The notes: generated by a model from the sequence alone, not told the origin. Shown: positions 50,391 through 60,186, numbered from the stretch's first letter. The stretch: 64,000 nt of DNA from Candidatus Oxydemutatoraceae bacterium (GCA_965220085.1 CBDCOZ010000003.1:576001-640000); one strand, 5' to 3'. Numbers and translations: made by a program.

Positions 50391-53249
50391 ATGGTCCGGC
50401 TTAGCCTCTGGCTGCCGGCCCTGCTCGCCTTGTGCCTGACATTGGGCGCAACCCGGGCCGACGCTCAAGGCAGTAGCAAAGATGCCGCAACCACGATAAG
50501 ATTGGACAGAACCGTATCAGAAGTCCATCTGCTGAGGGGAGGTGTCCATTGGTGGAAGTTTACGCTGACTTCGACCTCATTGGTCACTATTGAAGCCACA
50601 GGCGAAACTGACACTCAGGGAAAACTGGAAGACAGCGCGGGCGCAACATTGGACATTGATGATGATGGCGGCGCAGGCGCTAACTTCAAGATTGTCAGGG
50701 TTCTTGGCGCGGGCGCTTATTACGTAAGAGTCGCCGGTTACAGCTCTGCAACAACAGGAAATTACCGTCCGAGCGTCACAACGGCCGCACTCTCAACCGC
50801 TGCCGCCATAACATTGGGCACCGCCGTATCAAAGACCCTCGCCGCGGGGGGTGTTGATTACTACAGGCTTGCGCTGACTTCGCGTTCAGCGGTTACTGTT
50901 CAAACCACAGGCTCAACCGACGTCATAGGACTGTTGCAAGACAGTGCGGGCGCGCCGTTGGAAGCCAATGATGACAGCGGCGCAGGCGATAATTTCAGGA
51001 TTGACAGAACTCTTGATGCAGGCGCTTATTACGTAAGAGTCTCCGGTTTCAACCCCACAACAACGGGAAGTTACAGTTTGAGCGTCACCCGGGATGCCGC
51101 CCCCACCAACAGCAGAGGAACAGCGACTGACATAACATTGGGCAGAACCGAATCAAGAAATCTGCCGAAGGGGGGTGTCCATTGGTGGAAGTTTACGCTG
51201 CTTGCGACCTCATTGGTCACTATTAACACAAACAAAATTAACACACAGGGAAAACTGGAAGACAGCGCGGGCAACACATTGGACACCGATGCTGATAGCG
51301 CAACCGGCTTTTCCGGCGCTTTCAAGATTGTCAGAGTTCTTGGCGCCGGCGCTTATTACATAAGAGTTTCCGGTTTCAGCTCCGAAGTAACAGGAAATTA
51401 CGATCTGACCGTCACAGCGGCCGCAACCACAATCGCAACCGCAATAACACTGGGCGGCGACGCCGTATCAAAGACCCTCGCCGCGGGGGGATTTGATTAC
51501 TACAGGTTTGCGCTGACTTCGACCTTGCCGGTTGTCATTGAAACCACAGGCTCAATCGATGTCAGAGGACTGCTGCAAGACAGCGCGGGCGCGCGTATTG
51601 AAGCCAATGATGATAGCGGCGCAGGCGATAACTTCAGGATTGACAGAGTTCTTGATGCGGGCGCTTATTACGTAAGAGTCGCCGGTTTCAACCCTGTGGT
51701 AGCGGGAGATTACAGTCTGAGCGTCACACATGTCCCGAACTCCGCCCCGACCGGCGCCCCGATTGCCAATGACGGGAGTGATCCGACCGAGGACGCCACC
51801 ACCGTGGTCGAGGACACCACCGTATATGTCTTCCAGGGCACACTCAACGATGACGACGGCACAGACCTCAGAGCCGCCTCCCTGAGCTGGCAGCAGGCTG
51901 CGCCGGTCAATAACGCGGCGCCCGCCGATGACAGCGAGGGCTGGAGCGACATACCCGGCTGGAGCGACCTGTCCACCGCGGACATCATTCGTTTCATCCC
52001 TCTGCAAGCCCAGGTGGGCAAATATGTGCGCGCCTGCCTCACTTTCACCGACGAGCACTTCGTCCCCGAGACCTCCACCGTCTGCACCGCCAGCAAGTTG
52101 GTGACCAATGTCAGCGATGCGCCCGCCGGCCGCGACACCACTGTGGATGTGCCCGACACCGCCACCGCCGCCAATCCGCACGACTTTGACATAAACGACT
52201 TTCCGATTGACGACGAGGATGGCGACACCATCAACGGCATACGCCTGGTCAGCCTGCCGACGACGGGCACTCTGGCGGTGGCGGGCGAGACCCTGACCCT
52301 GACCGCCGGCGCCACCCTGACTCTGGCGCAACTGGAGGCGCTGGCCTATTACCCCGACAGCGGCTCCTCCCCCATGGACGGCCACGACAGCTTCGACTAT
52401 CGCATCATAGATGACGGTAGCGGCGCCGCCAACATATCCGAGGATGCCTACACCCTCACGATCAATCTGTTCGCCAACCCACAGATTGCCGCCACCGGGG
52501 GACCAAGCATCACCCCGGCCACCAGCGCCCAGATCCTCACCCACGCCGAAGACACCGAGTTGACCGCCAACACCGTCGGCATAATGGAGCCCAATGGAAT
52601 AGACCAGAGCACACTGCGATGGCAGTGGCAGTCCGCCCCGGCTCCGGTCAGCGGCGCTCCGACGGAAAGCGCCTACATTGATATAGCCACGGCGACCGCC
52701 GCCGCCTTCACCCCGTTGCAGGCTCATGTGGGGCTGTACATCCGCGTCTGCGTCTCTTTTATGGACGAGTACGTACCCGCCGCCGAATATGGCCCGCTGT
52801 GTTCCGCCGCCGCTCGGGTGCGCAATGTCAACGATGCGCCGGTGGCGCAAAACCGCACGATAAATGTGTCGGCGGATGCCACCATGAGCGAGCCCTACAC
52901 ATTCGCCGCCGCCGACTTTTCCTTTGCCGATGGGGACCATGACAACTTGGCCAGTGTGGAGATTGCCAGCCTGCCGAGCGCCGGCACCCTGCAAATAAAC
53001 GGCGCTGACGCCCCTGTCGGTGGGATCGTGCCCGCCGCCAACATCGGTACCATCACCTACTGGCCGGCGGCTGAGCAGGATGCCCAGACCGGTTACGCCA
53101 CCTTCGACTTCAAGGTGACCGACGATGGCAACGATGGCAACGGCAACAAAACTTCCGCCACCGCCGCCATCACCATCAATCTGGCGGAGCGCCTGCCGCA
53201 GCACCTGCGCTTGCGGCTACGCCTATTCCTTGAAGGCCCGTTGCGGTAG
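50391..53249 (+). CDS. LEGPLR-family secreted protein (member 5) with four PPC-like domains plus Ig/cadherin-like modules
   Basis: Signal peptide (..LTLGATRADAQ), 4 repeats of about 100 aa (DDSGAGDNFRI.R.L.AGAYYVRV.G), then modules shared with members 1 and 4; ends LRLRLRLFLEGPLR. The frame is open upstream to 50307 and encodes the leader homologue INIQIFNYATP. Confidence 0.9.
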   Translation: MVRLSLWLPALLALCLTLGATRADAQGSSKDAATTIRLDRTVSEVHLLRGGVHWWKFTLTSTSLVTIEATGETDTQGKLEDSAGATLDIDDDGGAGANFKIVRVLGAGAYYVRVAGYSSATTGNYRPSVTTAALSTAAAITLGTAVSKTLAAGGVDYYRLALTSRSAVTVQTTGSTDVIGLLQDSAGAPLEANDDSGAGDNFRIDRTLDAGAYYVRVSGFNPTTTGSYSLSVTRDAAPTNSRGTATDITLGRTESRNLPKGGVHWWKFTLLATSLVTINTNKINTQGKLEDSAGNTLDTDADSATGFSGAFKIVRVLGAGAYYIRVSGFSSEVTGNYDLTVTAAATTIATAITLGGDAVSKTLAAGGFDYYRFALTSTLPVVIETTGSIDVRGLLQDSAGARIEANDDSGAGDNFRIDRVLDAGAYYVRVAGFNPVVAGDYSLSVTHVPNSAPTGAPIANDGSDPTEDATTVVEDTTVYVFQGTLNDDDGTDLRAASLSWQQAAPVNNAAPADDSEGWSDIPGWSDLSTADIIRFIPLQAQVGKYVRACLTFTDEHFVPETSTVCTASKLVTNVSDAPAGRDTTVDVPDTATAANPHDFDINDFPIDDEDGDTINGIRLVSLPTTGTLAVAGETLTLTAGATLTLAQLEALAYYPDSGSSPMDGHDSFDYRIIDDGSGAANISEDAYTLTINLFANPQIAATGGPSITPATSAQILTHAEDTELTANTVGIMEPNGIDQSTLRWQWQSAPAPVSGAPTESAYIDIATATAAAFTPLQAHVGLYIRVCVSFMDEYVPAAEYGPLCSAAARVRNVNDAPVAQNRTINVSADATMSEPYTFAAADFSFADGDHDNLASVEIASLPSAGTLQINGADAPVGGIVPAANIGTITYWPAAEQDAQTGYATFDFKVTDDGNDGNGNKTSATAAITINLAERLPQHLRLRLRLFLEGPLR

Positions 53250-53283
53250 CGGGCGCCACCGCAACGGGCGTTACCCCCCTAAC

Positions 53284-53457
53284 TTCGCACCGGCTGCCGC
53301 ACAACTGGGCAGGTATGTGCGTGCCTGCGTTTCTTTCAAGGATCAGTTTTCCTCGTCCGCATCGGAAGGTCCGCTGTGTAGCGCCGGCATTCTGGTGACA
53401 CAGTTGCCTGAGGTGCGCTTGCGGTTGCGCATCTTCCTTGAAGGCCCGCTACGGCAG
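53284..53457 (+). pseudogene. Orphan 3' remnant of a LEGPLR-family gene
   Basis: FAPAAAQLGRYVRACVSFKD..EGPLCSAG..VRLRLRIFLEGPLR, with the stop changed TAG>CAG; no own start. Confidence 0.85.
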
Positions 53458-53613
53458 CGGGCGCCGACCGGCGCTCCTTCTCGCGCTATGACACTCCCTT
53501 GCGGGGGAGTCGGGCATATCCGTCCCGCTCTTTGTCCGAATAGTCGGGCGCGTTCAATCTGTGATAGAATGCATTCCATTCTTTATTTATCGGATATTTG
53601 GGTTATTAACAGT

Positions 53614-53934
53614 ATGTTTGGTATTTTTAAAAGCAAACCGAAATCTTTCAAGGCAAAAATCGCCAATACCGGCGAAGTTTTTGATGTGAAAGGCGGAATC
53701 AATTTGCTACAGGCGGCATTGAATGCCGGCATCAAATGGCCGCATGATTGTCGCGTCGGGAGTTGCGGCAGTTGTCGTTGCATATTGAAGGAAGGCAAGG
53801 TCAAACCGCTGAACGACTTTTCTTATGTGCTCGACAAAGAGATGCTTGACAAAGGCATGGTGCTTGCCTGCCAGTCGCGCTTGAAGAGCGATGTCGTCAT
53901 AGAGGTGGATTTTGATCAAGGCGCATTGCGCTGA
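53614..53934 (+). CDS. 2Fe-2S ferredoxin (plant-type, resembling oxygenase reductase N-domains)
   Basis: LLQAAL..GI.WPHDCRVGSCGSCRC..LACQ. Confidence 0.85.
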   Translation: MFGIFKSKPKSFKAKIANTGEVFDVKGGINLLQAALNAGIKWPHDCRVGSCGSCRCILKEGKVKPLNDFSYVLDKEMLDKGMVLACQSRLKSDVVIEVDFDQGALR

Positions 53935-53946
53935 GATTCGTATCCC

Positions 53947-54040
53947 GCATAGTCCGTTTCTGCCATCGGCTCGCGCCGATGCGACGAGCGCGGCGCAGCC
54001 GCTCGCAGCATAGTCCGTTTCTGCTATCGCTTGCGCCGAT
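53947..54040. repeat. Short duplicated palindromic unit between convergent genes
   Basis: gcatagtccgtttctgcYatcg..gcgccgat at 53947-53980 and 54008-54040. Confidence 0.75.
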
Positions 54041-54138
54041 AGGCGCGAAGGCTTCGCGGCCGATTCGCCTTTGTTGATTCGCCGCGCAACGGTTGCGGGC
54101 GGGGTCTTGCCGCCGCTATCGGCGGGCGGGATAGCGCC

Positions 54139-55110
54139 TTAGCGCAGTGTCGGGAACAGCATCTGCTCCAATATCGCATACTCAATATGCGCGCTGACTC
54201 TCTCCGAGAGGCGGTCGATAAAAGAAGTTTCGCTTCGGTACTCAATCACTTCTTCGGCGCCTATGATGTCTTTTGCCACATGATTGACATTGCCGATCGC
54301 ATCGATCAATCCCAGGTCTACCGAGTCTTCGCCGCCCCAAATCAAGCCGGAGAAAATATCGGGATCATTTTTTAACCGTTTGCCGCGTCCCTTTTTCACC
54401 GCGGCAATGAAAATATCGTGCATCTGGTCGAGTAACTTTTGCAGGTGCTGTTTAATTTCCGGACTCTGCGGCGAGAAGGGGTCGAGCATATTTTTATATT
54501 TTCCGGCTGTCATCAGGCGTCTTTCTATGCCGATTTTTTCTATCAAGTGCGTGAGGCCGAAGCCGTCGTAGAGCACGCCGATTGAACCGACTAAGCTGGA
54601 TTGATTGGCATAAATCGCATCGGTCGCAACGGCGGCATAGTAAGCGCCGGAGGCACAGATGTCGCTGACCACCGCATAGATGGGCTTATCCGGGTAGGCC
54701 CGCCGCAACTCGCGTATCTTTTGATTGATCTGCGCGGACTGCACCGGACTGCCGCCCGGGCTGTTGACGTGCAAAATAATCCCTTTTGCATTTTTATTCT
54801 CAAAGGCTTCTTCAAGGAGATCGATGATGTTGGCGGACTCTGCGGGAGCGCCGTCCAGTATGATGCCTTCCAGTTTGATCAAAGCGGTATGCTCGCCAGT
54901 TTGAGTCAGGCCAAGCGATGCGTCTGGCGGCGATTGCGTGGTGAATATTGCAATGATGATGGCGAGAAACGCCAGCCGGAAAAATATTTTCCATCGCCGT
55001 TGCCGCCTTTCCTCTTTCAGTTTCTCATTGAGGTAGCCGCGCAAAAAGTTGTTTTCCGCATTGCGGTCGTCATTCGGATATTTGTCGTTGTCAGGAGGTA
55101 TTGCGTCCAT
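54139..55110 (-). CDS. sppA: S49 family peptidase (short SppA)
   Basis: VNSPGGSPVQS, CASGAYY, SLVGSIGV, TAGKYK. Confidence 0.92.
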   Translation of the reverse strand: MDAIPPDNDKYPNDDRNAENNFLRGYLNEKLKEERRQRRWKIFFRLAFLAIIIAIFTTQSPPDASLGLTQTGEHTALIKLEGIILDGAPAESANIIDLLEEAFENKNAKGIILHVNSPGGSPVQSAQINQKIRELRRAYPDKPIYAVVSDICASGAYYAAVATDAIYANQSSLVGSIGVLYDGFGLTHLIEKIGIERRLMTAGKYKNMLDPFSPQSPEIKQHLQKLLDQMHDIFIAAVKKGRGKRLKNDPDIFSGLIWGGEDSVDLGLIDAIGNVNHVAKDIIGAEEVIEYRSETSFIDRLSERVSAHIEYAILEQMLFPTLR

Positions 55111-55131
55111 GGAGTCAAGCCCGTAGTTCTG

Positions 55132-56082
55132 TTATCGTTCCATTTTAGCAGAGTTCAACGCCCGCAGAAGGCTTTGCAATTCATCGGGCAGGGGCGCTTC
55201 AAAACTCCGTTTCTCGCCGTGCCATTCAAAGGCGAGTTGTGAGGCGTGGAGGAATATCCGTTTGAGCCCCAATTTCTCAAGTTTGCGGTTGTCTTTGAAA
55301 TCTCCGTACTTTTTGTCGCCGGCAAGCGGATGACCGCAATGTGCGGCGTGTACCCGTATTTGGTGGGTGCGCCCGGTGGCGATGCGCACCGAGATGAGGG
55401 TGTAATCGCCGATGTGTTCTTGCGGAGCGAAGTGACTCAATGCCCGCCGGCCTCGCTCGGCGACAACCTGCTTGTGCGGAGCGCGGGCGAGTGGCAGACC
55501 GACTGCTTGCGGTTTGCGCCAATGCCCCTGCGTCAGCGCGAGGTAGGTCTTCTCTGCCGCCTGCTCGCGAAACGCTTTGTGCAATGCGAGCAGAGCGGGT
55601 CGGGTTTTGGCTATTGCGATACAGCCGCTGACACCTTTGTCCAGTCGGTGGGCGAGGGCGACATCGTTCTGCGGGCGCAGTCGCTTTAACACGTCGATCA
55701 GACCAAAACTGTTTCGGCTGCCCGAATGCGCGCTGATACCGGCCGGCTTGTTTAGGATCAGCAGCGCCTCATCCTCAAAGATAATCCGCCGCTCCGCTGC
55801 CAGAACATGACCGCGCGGGATGTTCGGCGGTTGCCGGCTTGTGACCGTTACCGGCGGTATGCGCACCGTATCGCCCGCACTCAGCTTGTTTGACGGTTTG
55901 GCGCGTCTGCTGTTGATGCGCACTTCGCCGCCGCGAATCATGCCATAGACACGGCTTTTCGGCAGGTTGCGGTAGCGCGCGAACAAAAAGTTGTCCAAGC
56001 GCTGTCCGGCGTGTGCGGCGGTAATTCGGGTATTTGTTACTGCCGCGCGATTCTCTTTCTTATCTCTTTGTGTATTGACCAT
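55132..56082 (-). CDS. rluC: 23S rRNA pseudouridine synthase C
   Basis: S4 domain GQRLDNFL, HRLDKGVSG, TGRTHQIRVH; divergent from rne. Confidence 0.93.
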   Translation of the reverse strand: MVNTQRDKKENRAAVTNTRITAAHAGQRLDNFLFARYRNLPKSRVYGMIRGGEVRINSRRAKPSNKLSAGDTVRIPPVTVTSRQPPNIPRGHVLAAERRIIFEDEALLILNKPAGISAHSGSRNSFGLIDVLKRLRPQNDVALAHRLDKGVSGCIAIAKTRPALLALHKAFREQAAEKTYLALTQGHWRKPQAVGLPLARAPHKQVVAERGRRALSHFAPQEHIGDYTLISVRIATGRTHQIRVHAAHCGHPLAGDKKYGDFKDNRKLEKLGLKRIFLHASQLAFEWHGEKRSFEAPLPDELQSLLRALNSAKMER

Positions 56083-56432
56083 AACGAAGGCATCGGGGCC
56101 GTTTGTTCCGTTGCCGAATATAGCGCAATAGCCCGCCTCTTGATAAAGGCGCTATAATCAGGCTATTGTATCGCTTGTCGCCCCTGCCGATGCAAACCGA
56201 ATTTAGCGGGGGAGTCGGGCGCTGCCAGTTAATGTGATACAAGCGGCAGTAATTTGTTTGCTTGTAAGTATGCGGCGATGCCGCTTTTTGAATATACAAA
56301 ACCTAATACAAATGTCCGTGGCCAAAACTTATCACTTTAAAATGAGCACAAAAGACGCGCACAGTGTTCCGCAACGCGGAAGGAATGCGTGTCTTTCTTC
56401 GCGCCATGGGATAGGAACTATACGAGGACCCA

Positions 56433-58775
56433 ATGAAAAGAATATTAGTCAATGCTACGCAGAAAGAACAACTGCGCGTAGCGTTAATAGATGGGCAGAA
56501 GCTCTGCAATTTGGATATAGAATCAACCTCTTCCATCCACAAGAAAGGGAATATATATAAAGCGGTTGTAACTTCTATCGCCAAAGGGCTGAACGCAGTA
56601 TTTGTTGAGTACGGGAATAACCGTTGCGGCTTTTTGCCTTTCCGCGACATCTCCCGCGAGTATCTTGACGACAGATCCGGAGGCCGTGCTTCGGTCAGAA
56701 ACCTGATCAGGATCGGCGACAAGCTGCCCGTTCAAATCGCGCGCGAGGCGCGCGGCGAAAAGGGCGCGCTGCTCACCACCCACATCAGTTTGGTCAGCCG
56801 TTATCTGGTATTGATGCCGGACAATCCGCGGGCGCACGGCGTGTCGCAGCGGATTGAGGGCCTGGAACGCGAGCAGGCGCGCGAGGCGCTTGAGAACATC
56901 AACCAACACGAAGACGAAGGCATTATTGTGCGCACTTCGGCCACCGGTTGCGAGGCGAGGGAATTGCAAAAAGACCTGGAATACCTGCGGCGTTTGTGGG
57001 GCAAGATACGCAAAGAGCTTGACAAGGCACCCGCGCCGACGTTGATCTATCAGGAGAATAATATCGTGATTCAGTCTTTGCGCGACTATCTGGGCGACGG
57101 TATTGAGAGTGTCACAATCGATAGCCCGACTGTGTTTGCCGAGGCGAAACAGTTTGTCGGCAAGATCATGCCGGAGCACTTGAAGAAGGTGCAACTGTAC
57201 GGAGATGTGATGCCGCTGTTCACCCGGCATCGGATCGAGCGGCAGATCGAAGATGTGTTTGAGCGCACGGTCAAACTGCCATCGGGCGGTTCGTTGGTGA
57301 TCGACCATACCGAAGCATTGACCTCCGTGGATATCAACTCGGCGGGCTCCATGCGCGGCAGCGATATTGAAGAGACGGCTTTGGAGACCAACCTTGAGGC
57401 TTGCGAAGAAATTGCCAGACAACTGCGCTTGCGCGATCTCGGCGGTTTGATCGTGATTGATTTCATCGATATGGAACCCTTTTCTCACCAGCGCAAAGTG
57501 GAGCAGATGCTGCGCAAGGCGGTGCGGGACGACCGCGCCCGTATTCAACTGGGGCGTATCTCCCGTTTTGGCCTGCTGGAAATGTCGCGACAACGCCTGC
57601 GCCCGTCGCTCGGAGATACGGACCGGGTGGTGTGCCCGCGCTGCTCCGGCAACGGATTCATTCGCACTTTGGAATCGTGCGCGCTGGCGATCATGCGCAT
57701 AGTGGAAGAGGAGGCAATCAAGGATGCGGTGTCGCGGGTGTCGGTGGAAGTGCCGGGCGACGTATGCGATTTCCTGCTCAACAAACAACGCAAAGCGATA
57801 GACGCAATTGAAAATCGTCACGATGTGCGCATTGATATCATGACCGATATTCAGATGGAGACTCCGCATTACAAAGTGACGAGCGAGTCGGAAGATAAGA
57901 CGGTGGTCCGCGAAAGAAGCGAAGAAGTCGTCTCGGATGTTCCCGCAAAAACAACGGAGGAGCGCAGCGCGCAGGCCGATTCGCAGCAAGTCGCCCCGGC
58001 GGTGACGATGCTGTCGGCTGCGGAAGAAGGTTTGTTTAAACAAATTGTCGGCAAACTGCGTTCGGCTTTTACCAAGTCAAGTTCGCGTTCCGAGCGCCGC
58101 AAGCCGCGCGCTTCGGGCAGGCGTTCCGGCACATCGCAGCGCAGATCCGGCCGCAGGCAGGGTCAGCAGAGGAGAGCGAGCGGGCGTTCTGCTTCGCGCG
58201 GGGGGCAGCGGCAGAGACAGCAGACCTCGCGCAATCCGGCCGCTCCGGCAAGGCGCGGCGCGTCGTCACAGAATCCGAATGCGCGCCGGAGACGGGGGGG
58301 CGCCGGCAGGCAAGCGACACAGCGTTCGGGCTCCGACCGGAGACGGACTTCGGCATCAGGGGAATCAAGGCGGAGGGGTTCCGGCAATCGATCTGCCGCG
58401 AGACAGCGAGGCATGCCGACAGATCGTTGGGATACGGATGTGGCACGAGGCGTTAACCCCGCTTTTCTGGCACAGGAAGATGCCGTAATCGATAATAGAA
58501 ACTCCGCCGGGTTTCCGTTTGAGCCGGAGCGGCAACAAGATCGATCAACACAGACGGACACGAGCCATCGCGATGACTTTAACCGCAGAGAACCGCCTGT
58601 CTCGGCCAAGGAGCCCGAGGACAGATCTATGCCGCCGGCGAGCGACGGCAACGAAGCGGAGGCAAAATTGCCGTTGCCATCGGTCGGCGTGGCCAAGGCG
58701 CCCAAGGATGAACGGGATATTTTTCCTTCCGAGCGTTCCAAGATGGTGCAGGTGGAAACCAAAGACAATTCGTAA
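56433..58775 (+). CDS. rne: Ribonuclease E
   Basis: MKRILVNATQKEQLRVALIDGQ, VDINS, LRLRDLGGLIVIDFIDM, CPRCSG; Arg-rich disordered C-terminal region. Confidence 0.96.
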   Translation: MKRILVNATQKEQLRVALIDGQKLCNLDIESTSSIHKKGNIYKAVVTSIAKGLNAVFVEYGNNRCGFLPFRDISREYLDDRSGGRASVRNLIRIGDKLPVQIAREARGEKGALLTTHISLVSRYLVLMPDNPRAHGVSQRIEGLEREQAREALENINQHEDEGIIVRTSATGCEARELQKDLEYLRRLWGKIRKELDKAPAPTLIYQENNIVIQSLRDYLGDGIESVTIDSPTVFAEAKQFVGKIMPEHLKKVQLYGDVMPLFTRHRIERQIEDVFERTVKLPSGGSLVIDHTEALTSVDINSAGSMRGSDIEETALETNLEACEEIARQLRLRDLGGLIVIDFIDMEPFSHQRKVEQMLRKAVRDDRARIQLGRISRFGLLEMSRQRLRPSLGDTDRVVCPRCSGNGFIRTLESCALAIMRIVEEEAIKDAVSRVSVEVPGDVCDFLLNKQRKAIDAIENRHDVRIDIMTDIQMETPHYKVTSESEDKTVVRERSEEVVSDVPAKTTEERSAQADSQQVAPAVTMLSAAEEGLFKQIVGKLRSAFTKSSSRSERRKPRASGRRSGTSQRRSGRRQGQQRRASGRSASRGGQRQRQQTSRNPAAPARRGASSQNPNARRRRGGAGRQATQRSGSDRRRTSASGESRRRGSGNRSAARQRGMPTDRWDTDVARGVNPAFLAQEDAVIDNRNSAGFPFEPERQQDRSTQTDTSHRDDFNRREPPVSAKEPEDRSMPPASDGNEAEAKLPLPSVGVAKAPKDERDIFPSERSKMVQVETKDNS

Positions 58776-58800
58776 ATGACAACTGCCTGATTGCGGAGCG

Positions 58801-60186
58801 ATGAGCGAACTCTATCTGTGGAATACGATGAACGACCGCAAGGAGGTGTTTGAGCCTCTGCGCGAGGACCGGGTGACGATGTATGTGTGCGGCCCGACCG
58901 TTTATAACCACATCCATATCGGCAATGCGCGCCCGATTGTCACTTTTGATCTGCTCTATCGCCAGTTGAAGCGACACTACCGCGAGGCGGTCTATGTGCG
59001 CAACATTACCGATGTGGACGACAAAATCATCGCCAGCGCGGCTCAGGAGAAGCGCTCTATCAACGAGATAACCGCAAAATATACCGAGTCGTTTCATGAC
59101 GATATTGCGAGGTTAAATGTGTTGCCGCCGTCGGTTGAGCCGCGCGCGACCGAGCACATTGAACAGATGATCGCGATGATACGGAAGTTGCTCGACACCG
59201 GCTTTGCGTATCGCGAAGGCGGCAATGTTCTCTTTGAGGTGGCGAAGATGCCGGAGTACGGGCGGCTGTCCAACCGCGATGTCGCCGATATGCGGGCGGG
59301 CGCGCGGCTGGAGATAGCCGACTACAAGCGTTCTCCGGCCGATTTCACATTGTGGAAGCCGGCGGCGTCCGACGAGCCCGGGTGGGACAGCCCGTGGGGA
59401 TGGGGCCGGCCCGGCTGGCATCTGGAATGTTCGGTGATGGCGGAAACGCATCTTGGCGAGACGATCGATATCCACGGCGGCGGCAAAGATTTGGTATTTC
59501 CGCATCACGAGAATGAGATTGCCCAGAGCGTTTGCGCACACGGCGGCAAGCCCTTCGCCCGCTACTGGGTGCACAACGGTTATATCACGCTCGCCGGCGA
59601 TAAGATGTCAAAATCCGAGGGCAATTTTTTCACGCTCAAAGAGGCGCTGCAAAGTTTCCCCGGCGAAGCCGTGCGCTTGGCATTGATGAGCGCGCATTAC
59701 CGCAAGCCCCTTGATTGGTCGTCCGAGGTCGCACATCTCGCTTGCCGCAGTCTGGACAAATGGTACCGCATGCTGTCGGACTTGTCGGCGGGATACGCGC
59801 CGGGCGAACCCGATGCCGCGGTGACCGACGCCTTGAACGATAACTTAAATACCCCCCTGGCGATTGCCGAGTTGCACAAAATCGCGCATCGGGCGACGAC
59901 CGCGCCGCGCGCAGAGCGCGCTTCGCACCTTGCAAACTTGCGCGCGTCCGCAGCCTGCTTGGGCATATTGCAGCAGCAGCCGCAAGAGTGGTTGCATCGC
60001 GAATCGCAGGCGGCCGATGCCGCCGCCTTATTGAGCGACGAAGAGATTGAGACGCTCATCGCGCAACGCCGTCAGGCGCGCGTCGCCGGAGATTTTGACA
60101 AGGCGGACGGCATTCGTTGCGAACTGAGCGAAGCCGGGATTATCCTTGAGGATTCTTCCGCGGGCACGCGCTGGGTCAGGCAGTGA
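58801..60186 (+). CDS. cysS: Cysteine-tRNA ligase
   Basis: MYVCGPTVY, HIGN, GRPGWHLECS, FPHHENE, KMSKS. Confidence 0.97.
   Translation: MSELYLWNTMNDRKEVFEPLREDRVTMYVCGPTVYNHIHIGNARPIVTFDLLYRQLKRHYREAVYVRNITDVDDKIIASAAQEKRSINEITAKYTESFHDDIARLNVLPPSVEPRATEHIEQMIAMIRKLLDTGFAYREGGNVLFEVAKMPEYGRLSNRDVADMRAGARLEIADYKRSPADFTLWKPAASDEPGWDSPWGWGRPGWHLECSVMAETHLGETIDIHGGGKDLVFPHHENEIAQSVCAHGGKPFARYWVHNGYITLAGDKMSKSEGNFFTLKEALQSFPGEAVRLALMSAHYRKPLDWSSEVAHLACRSLDKWYRMLSDLSAGYAPGEPDAAVTDALNDNLNTPLAIAELHKIAHRATTAPRAERASHLANLRASAACLGILQQQPQEWLHRESQAADAAALLSDEEIETLIAQRRQARVAGDFDKADGIRCELSEAGIILEDSSAGTRWVRQ

Noticed and set aside
53125-53934. 269-aa ORF fusing a LEGPLR fragment to a ferredoxin
   Set aside because: Chance read-through caused by TAG>CAG in the remnant. 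The start lies out of frame inside member 5, and the ferredoxin has its own ATG at 53614.
58070-58420. Arg/Ser/Gln-rich low-complexity stretch
   Set aside because: Normal disordered RNA-binding C-terminal region of RNase E.
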